Assembly: GCA_038831915.1 (NCBI GenBank)
Contig: JAWBKB010000002.1
Span: 99,751 to 163,750, forward strand
DNA length: 64,000 bases
Reading direction: 5' to 3'
Origin: Candidatus Caldarchaeum sp.
GTDB taxonomy: Archaea > Thermoproteota > Nitrososphaeria_A > Caldarchaeales > Caldarchaeaceae
Part shown: positions 60,296 to 64,000 of the stretch, piece by piece
Layout of the letters: each line of letters starts with the position of its first letter
Numbering within the stretch: the stretch's first letter is position 1
Position numbers and translations under genes: made by a program
Notes under the pieces: model-generated
What the model saw: only the letters and a program-made list of their open reading frames with translations
Database searches by the model: none
Told to the model about the DNA's origin: nothing

Positions 60296-61237
60296 TTAAA
60301 CTATGCTTTTTGCTTCAGCCATCATTTTCTCGAGGAAAAGCTTGGGCAAAACGGTCAAAACCTGTTTATACGGAGATTCTGGTATAAGAGAGTCTTTAGC
60401 AATCCCGACCGATGATTTGAATCGTTCAACTATCTGTTCTTTAAGAAATTCTTCGTCGGGCAGCGACGGTGTAACGGCTCTGAGCAATCCGCGTAACCGT
60501 TTGGTCTTCGCCGAAACAATCAAATGAACCAGCCGCTCCCTCATTTCGTGGACGAGAAAGTAGAGCCTGCCGCGTTGTTTCTGACGGTACAGGTCGGCCA
60601 AATCGTCGGCAAGCTGGTATAACGTGCCAACCTCTGAACCGTATTTTCTGATGAGTTCAACTTGTTCAGGTGATGCGTTTGCGAGCACGGCTCCCGCATG
60701 AGCCGCTGCCTCAAACAAAGAAGCGGTTTTTTCACGTATCATGACGAGGTAAAGACGTTCAGTGAGGGCTGCTTTGTTTACAACTTCGTCCAAAATTCCC
60801 TGTGAAGCTCTGTCCCACGCCCGCACAAATATCCTTGTCATCTCCTCTCCTATGTCCAGAACGATTTGGAAGGCAAACGTGATGATGCGGTGTCCTTGGA
60901 GGATGGCTTTTCCCGCTCCAATTTGAGCCCAAAGGCTGGTATCACCTCTCCTGAATCTATCACGGTCCACGATGTCGTCATGCACCAAACTGGCGCTGTG
61001 AGCAAGCTCCAAAGCAACCGCAACATCTAGAGCTTTCTGATAATCTACACCACCAAAAGCTTTGAAAACGGTCAGAAGAAGCAATGGGCGAATCCTTTTA
61101 CCGCCTCGTACCGCGCGTTCAATTAGGAAGCTGTCGGGCCTTCCTTTGATTTTTTGGTAGAGGTTTCGTTCGAGGTCCTGCTTCATCACTTCGAGGATTT
61201 CCTGCACGTAGACGTCCTCGACAACGGTATTCATCAT
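60296..61237 (-). CDS. Polyprenyl (GGPP-type) diphosphate synthase
   Basis: GGKRIRP, SLVHDDIVD...RRG, KTA, YQLADDLAD. Confidence 0.9.
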   Translation of the reverse strand: MMNTVVEDVYVQEILEVMKQDLERNLYQKIKGRPDSFLIERAVRGGKRIRPLLLLTVFKAFGGVDYQKALDVAVALELAHSASLVHDDIVDRDRFRRGDTSLWAQIGAGKAILQGHRIITFAFQIVLDIGEEMTRIFVRAWDRASQGILDEVVNKAALTERLYLVMIREKTASLFEAAAHAGAVLANASPEQVELIRKYGSEVGTLYQLADDLADLYRQKQRGRLYFLVHEMRERLVHLIVSAKTKRLRGLLRAVTPSLPDEEFLKEQIVERFKSSVGIAKDSLIPESPYKQVLTVLPKLFLEKMMAEAKSIV

Positions 61238-61274
61238 CGATAAATATCTTGCCCCGGTTTTTAATTTATGGTAG

Positions 61275-61682
61275 TTAAATATATTGAGCAATGCGTGCTT
61301 CGAGAGTGCGTTTGGGAACAGCCCCCACAACCATGTCAACGACTTTACCGCTTTTGAAGAAAAGCAGAGTCGGGATACCCATGATTCCAAACCTGCTTGC
61401 AGTCCGTGGGTTTTCATCAACGTTTAGCTTGCCAAAAACAACTTTACCCGCGTACTGTTTCGCAAGTTCTTTGACGACGGGCGCAATCGCTCTGCACGGT
61501 GCACACCATTCAGCCCAGAAATCGACGACGACGAATCGATGTTTGGAGATGAATTCGTCAAAATCAAGGTCTGTTACTTCGACGGGTTCGGAGATTGCAG
61601 GAGGCGGGGGCTGCCGGTCTTTAGCCAACATTTCAGCAAGCTTACGCATTTTTATTCTTTCCAATTCATCGTCTAAAGCCAT
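61275..61682 (-). CDS. trxA: Thioredoxin
   Basis: WCAPC, IPT, N-terminal DELERI extension. Confidence 0.95.
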   Translation of the reverse strand: MALDDELERIKMRKLAEMLAKDRQPPPPAISEPVEVTDLDFDEFISKHRFVVVDFWAEWCAPCRAIAPVVKELAKQYAGKVVFGKLNVDENPRTASRFGIMGIPTLLFFKSGKVVDMVVGAVPKRTLEARIAQYI

Positions 61683-61756
61683 CTTGGTTAACCGTGTTTC
61701 ATTCGGCTAATAAATTTTCAGCATTAACAATTATTAGCTGCTTTTCAGGGCGATAC

Positions 61757-62038
61757 TTGTTGAGCGAAGAAGAAATTTCTGCGATTGTCGTGGCGTTTGA
61801 TGGTGATGACTGCATCGTTTCGACGACATCACCTCTTGACGTAAACGAACTGGAAAAGCTCGTCGGATGCGAGGTACTCTACGAGGATTTCAAAGGTGTG
61901 CTTTGGAAAGGCCGCGTGACAGGGTTGTTTGAAAACGAATCGCTCGTCGTGAGATTTTCCGAAGAAGCGATTTCACAGGGTGGCCCGTCGGGACTGGGTC
62001 AAGGCAGCCTTGTCAAAATCATTCCGGTGAGAAAGTAG
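61757..62038 (+). CDS. Acidic L35Ae-fold-like protein
   Basis: KLVGCEVLY...GVLWKGRV...VRF...GLGQGSLVKI aligns by eye with archaeal L35Ae; TTG start at 61757 or 61760. Confidence 0.6.
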   Translation: MLSEEEISAIVVAFDGDDCIVSTTSPLDVNELEKLVGCEVLYEDFKGVLWKGRVTGLFENESLVVRFSEEAISQGGPSGLGQGSLVKIIPVRK

Positions 62039-62089
62039 GCCTATGTTTCAGCGAATACTTTCGACCGGCGACTAAACGAGGTATGTGTT

Positions 62090-62872
62090 GTGCCTTGGAA
62101 GCCTCTGACCGAGTTGATTTCGCTCCGTAAGAAACGGGCCTTGGTGACTGGGGATGCTTCTGGAATAGGTTTCTCCATCGCTGAAAGGTTTGCGGAAGCT
62201 GGCGCCGACCTGATACTCGTCGATGTCAACCAAACAGCTAACCACGAAGCTTCTGAAAAAATCCGGAGCCGCTTTGGCGTTGATGTTTTGACGAAGAAGA
62301 GTCGGAAATCGACTCGCTATGGGATGAAATATCACATGCTCTACCCGACATTCTGGTCAACAACGCCGGAATGTATCAGTTCAGAGATTTTCTCGAAGTT
62401 GACGAAGAATTTTTTGAAAAAACGTTGGCGGTGAATCTGAAGTCTGCGTTTTACATGTGTCAGCATTTTTTCAGGATGCGCGGTGAAAAAGGGGGTGTCG
62501 TGGTGAACGTCAGCTAGGTGGGAAGCTGTGCTGCACTGGATGAAAGATTTGACCCACTACGGTATCAGCAAAATTGGTGTAGTGAGCATGACGAGGTCTC
62601 TCACACGTGAATTTGGTTATAAAGGTTTCCGGATAAACGCGGTGATGCCGGGCGGAATTCATACTCCTGGAACGGAAAAAGTGCAGAAAGAAGCTTTGAA
62701 AAGGCTTCGCGTCGGCTTTCTTTGGTCGGGGATGCAGTTTATTTCACGCATTCCGCTCGGCAGGCTGAGTGAACCCGAAGTGGCACGGGTAATGTTGTTT
62801 CTCGCCTCGGATTTGTCCTCATACGTGAACGGCGCCGTGGTTGTCGTCGACGGCGGTTTTCTAACAAGTTAA
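62090..62872 (+). pseudogene. SDR oxidoreductase pseudogene
   Basis: TGDASGIG; frameshift near 62290; LVNNAG in a second frame; in-frame TAG 62515-62517; another shift before YGISK...VDGG. Confidence 0.88.
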
Positions 62873-63022
62873 GGTGTTTGTGAAAATTGGCCATATAAGG
62901 CTATTTACTACAAGGACAATGTTAGTGTCGTGGGCGGGGAAGTGTATCGGTTTGATGAGGGCTGTATCAGGAAGAAGTATGAGTTGGCAAGCGTGTTAAA
63001 AAGCATGTGAGACGGTGAACTC

Positions 63023-63258
63023 ATGAGATTGTTTAGAAGAAATTCTGGTGCAAGGACTTGGGTTTTCATTACCATCTCTTTATAAGAAAAAGCAAAGGCA
63101 ATTACGAATTCATGTTTACGGATTACCACGCTGTTCATGGTGGCAGGTCAATAGTATCATATGAGAAAGCGTTAGAGATTGCATGGTCTTGGATAAAAGA
63201 CCACGGAACACATGGCTACATTGTTGAAACTGATTTGAGTTATAAAAGCGATTATTAA
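63023..63258 (+). pseudogene. Small hypothetical gene, apparently frameshifted
   Basis: GGTGA SD (63014) + ATG 63023 gives MRLFR...; KFWCKDLGFHYHLF... lies in another frame that ends at 63258. Confidence 0.4.
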
Positions 63259-63857
63259 CCACAAATTATTGATTTATATTTCTTCTTTCTCGGCTTTTTT
63301 CTTAATGCTCTGTTGCAGTGTGGGCATCTATCTCTGTTCTCGAATGTTTGACGGCATACGCTACAAAACGATTGTCCCCTATCATACTTTGGCTGACTGC
63401 CTGAAGGAATACATAGAGGCTCTTCATACTCTTTATAAGTGAATCGTGGTATCCCATCCTCAACCCACAGGTCTATTCTGATTTCTTTTCCGTCGTTGGC
63501 CTCGTAGTGGAACAGGTTTTTATACATGTTGGGTATTCTAAGCCTAAAGCCTGCTGTAACGTCGTATCTGCCTTTAAACACCTCGCCTTTAACGTAGGCT
63601 GTATAGTCTCCTTTGTCTGGTATGTTTAAAGACCGCCAGACAGTTGTAGGTAGTTTAAGCCTCATATTACCCCTTTCCTCGCATACAATCTTAGCGACTA
63701 CGTTGAAGGCGTAATACTTCGGAAGGAAGGAATCAAGCTGGGGCTGGTGAGCCAAACAACCCACCAGCGTAAACCCTACCGCTCCAAATGATATAAGCTT
63801 TAGAAGATACAGTTTCGCCTCGTCACGGCTTGAAAACGGGAAATTTCTGGTTTTCAC
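63255..63857 (-). CDS. Hypothetical protein with C-terminal CxxC-CxxC Zn finger and basic tail
   Basis: FCSVC...RCPHCNRALRKKPRKKK; start uncertain. Confidence 0.6.
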   Translation of the reverse strand: MKTRNFPFSSRDEAKLYLLKLISFGAVGFTLVGCLAHQPQLDSFLPKYYAFNVVAKIVCEERGNMRLKLPTTVWRSLNIPDKGDYTAYVKGEVFKGRYDVTAGFRLRIPNMYKNLFHYEANDGKEIRIDLWVEDGIPRFTYKEYEEPLCIPSGSQPKYDRGQSFCSVCRQTFENRDRCPHCNRALRKKPRKKKYKSIICG

Positions 63858-64000
63858 GGGTTTTGGCCAGAAAAACCCGAAACTCAGCCTCTACAAGCCG
63901 TAAATCCTGAAAATTTTAAAAAACGTGCGATAGATATAAGCGTTTATGGGTTGGAGGTGCAGCGGGCGTCAAGGCGTCACCGATGGAATACCTGTCCTCA

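Noticed and set aside
62515-62517. Pyrrolysine/readthrough TAG in the SDR gene
   Set aside because: Accompanied by two frameshifts and a degenerate Gly motif, consistent with ordinary decay
63934-64000. TATA-like box followed by GC-rich sequence (possible RNA or gene start)
   Set aside because: Truncated by the window edge; does not fit a tRNA 5' arm

Overview
Gene-dense archaeal chromosomal window. S25e, class I LysRS, single-OB SSB, RadA, a crenarchaeal-type arginine decarboxylase, EgsA/GGR and Taw1/Taw2 point to a TACK archaeon, most plausibly Aigarchaeota (Caldarchaeum-like); this taxonomy is an inference. About 70 mostly housekeeping CDS cover Moco synthesis, tRNA modification, lipid/isoprenoid synthesis, NAD salvage, TCA/OFOR, translation, DNA repair and an ABC transporter. 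I found no tRNA, rRNA, CRISPR array, integrase or transposase. Most notable: (1) a MoaD/SAMP encoded with 12 extra residues after its Gly-Gly; (2) moaB apparently starting at ACG; (3) an orphan N4C-type DNA methyltransferase split by a +1 frameshift at TTT-TTT-CTT-TAA; (4) a small basic protein next to a ~410-bp non-coding region bracketed by a repeated GTTTACCT motif; (5) a coiled-coil/Zn-ribbon + wHTH + Hjc operon; (6) two secreted-protein/membrane/HTH modules; (7) an acidic L35Ae-like protein and an EMC6-like protein; (8) a decayed AT-rich segment at the right edge. All family assignments are from motif recognition by eye, not from database searches.
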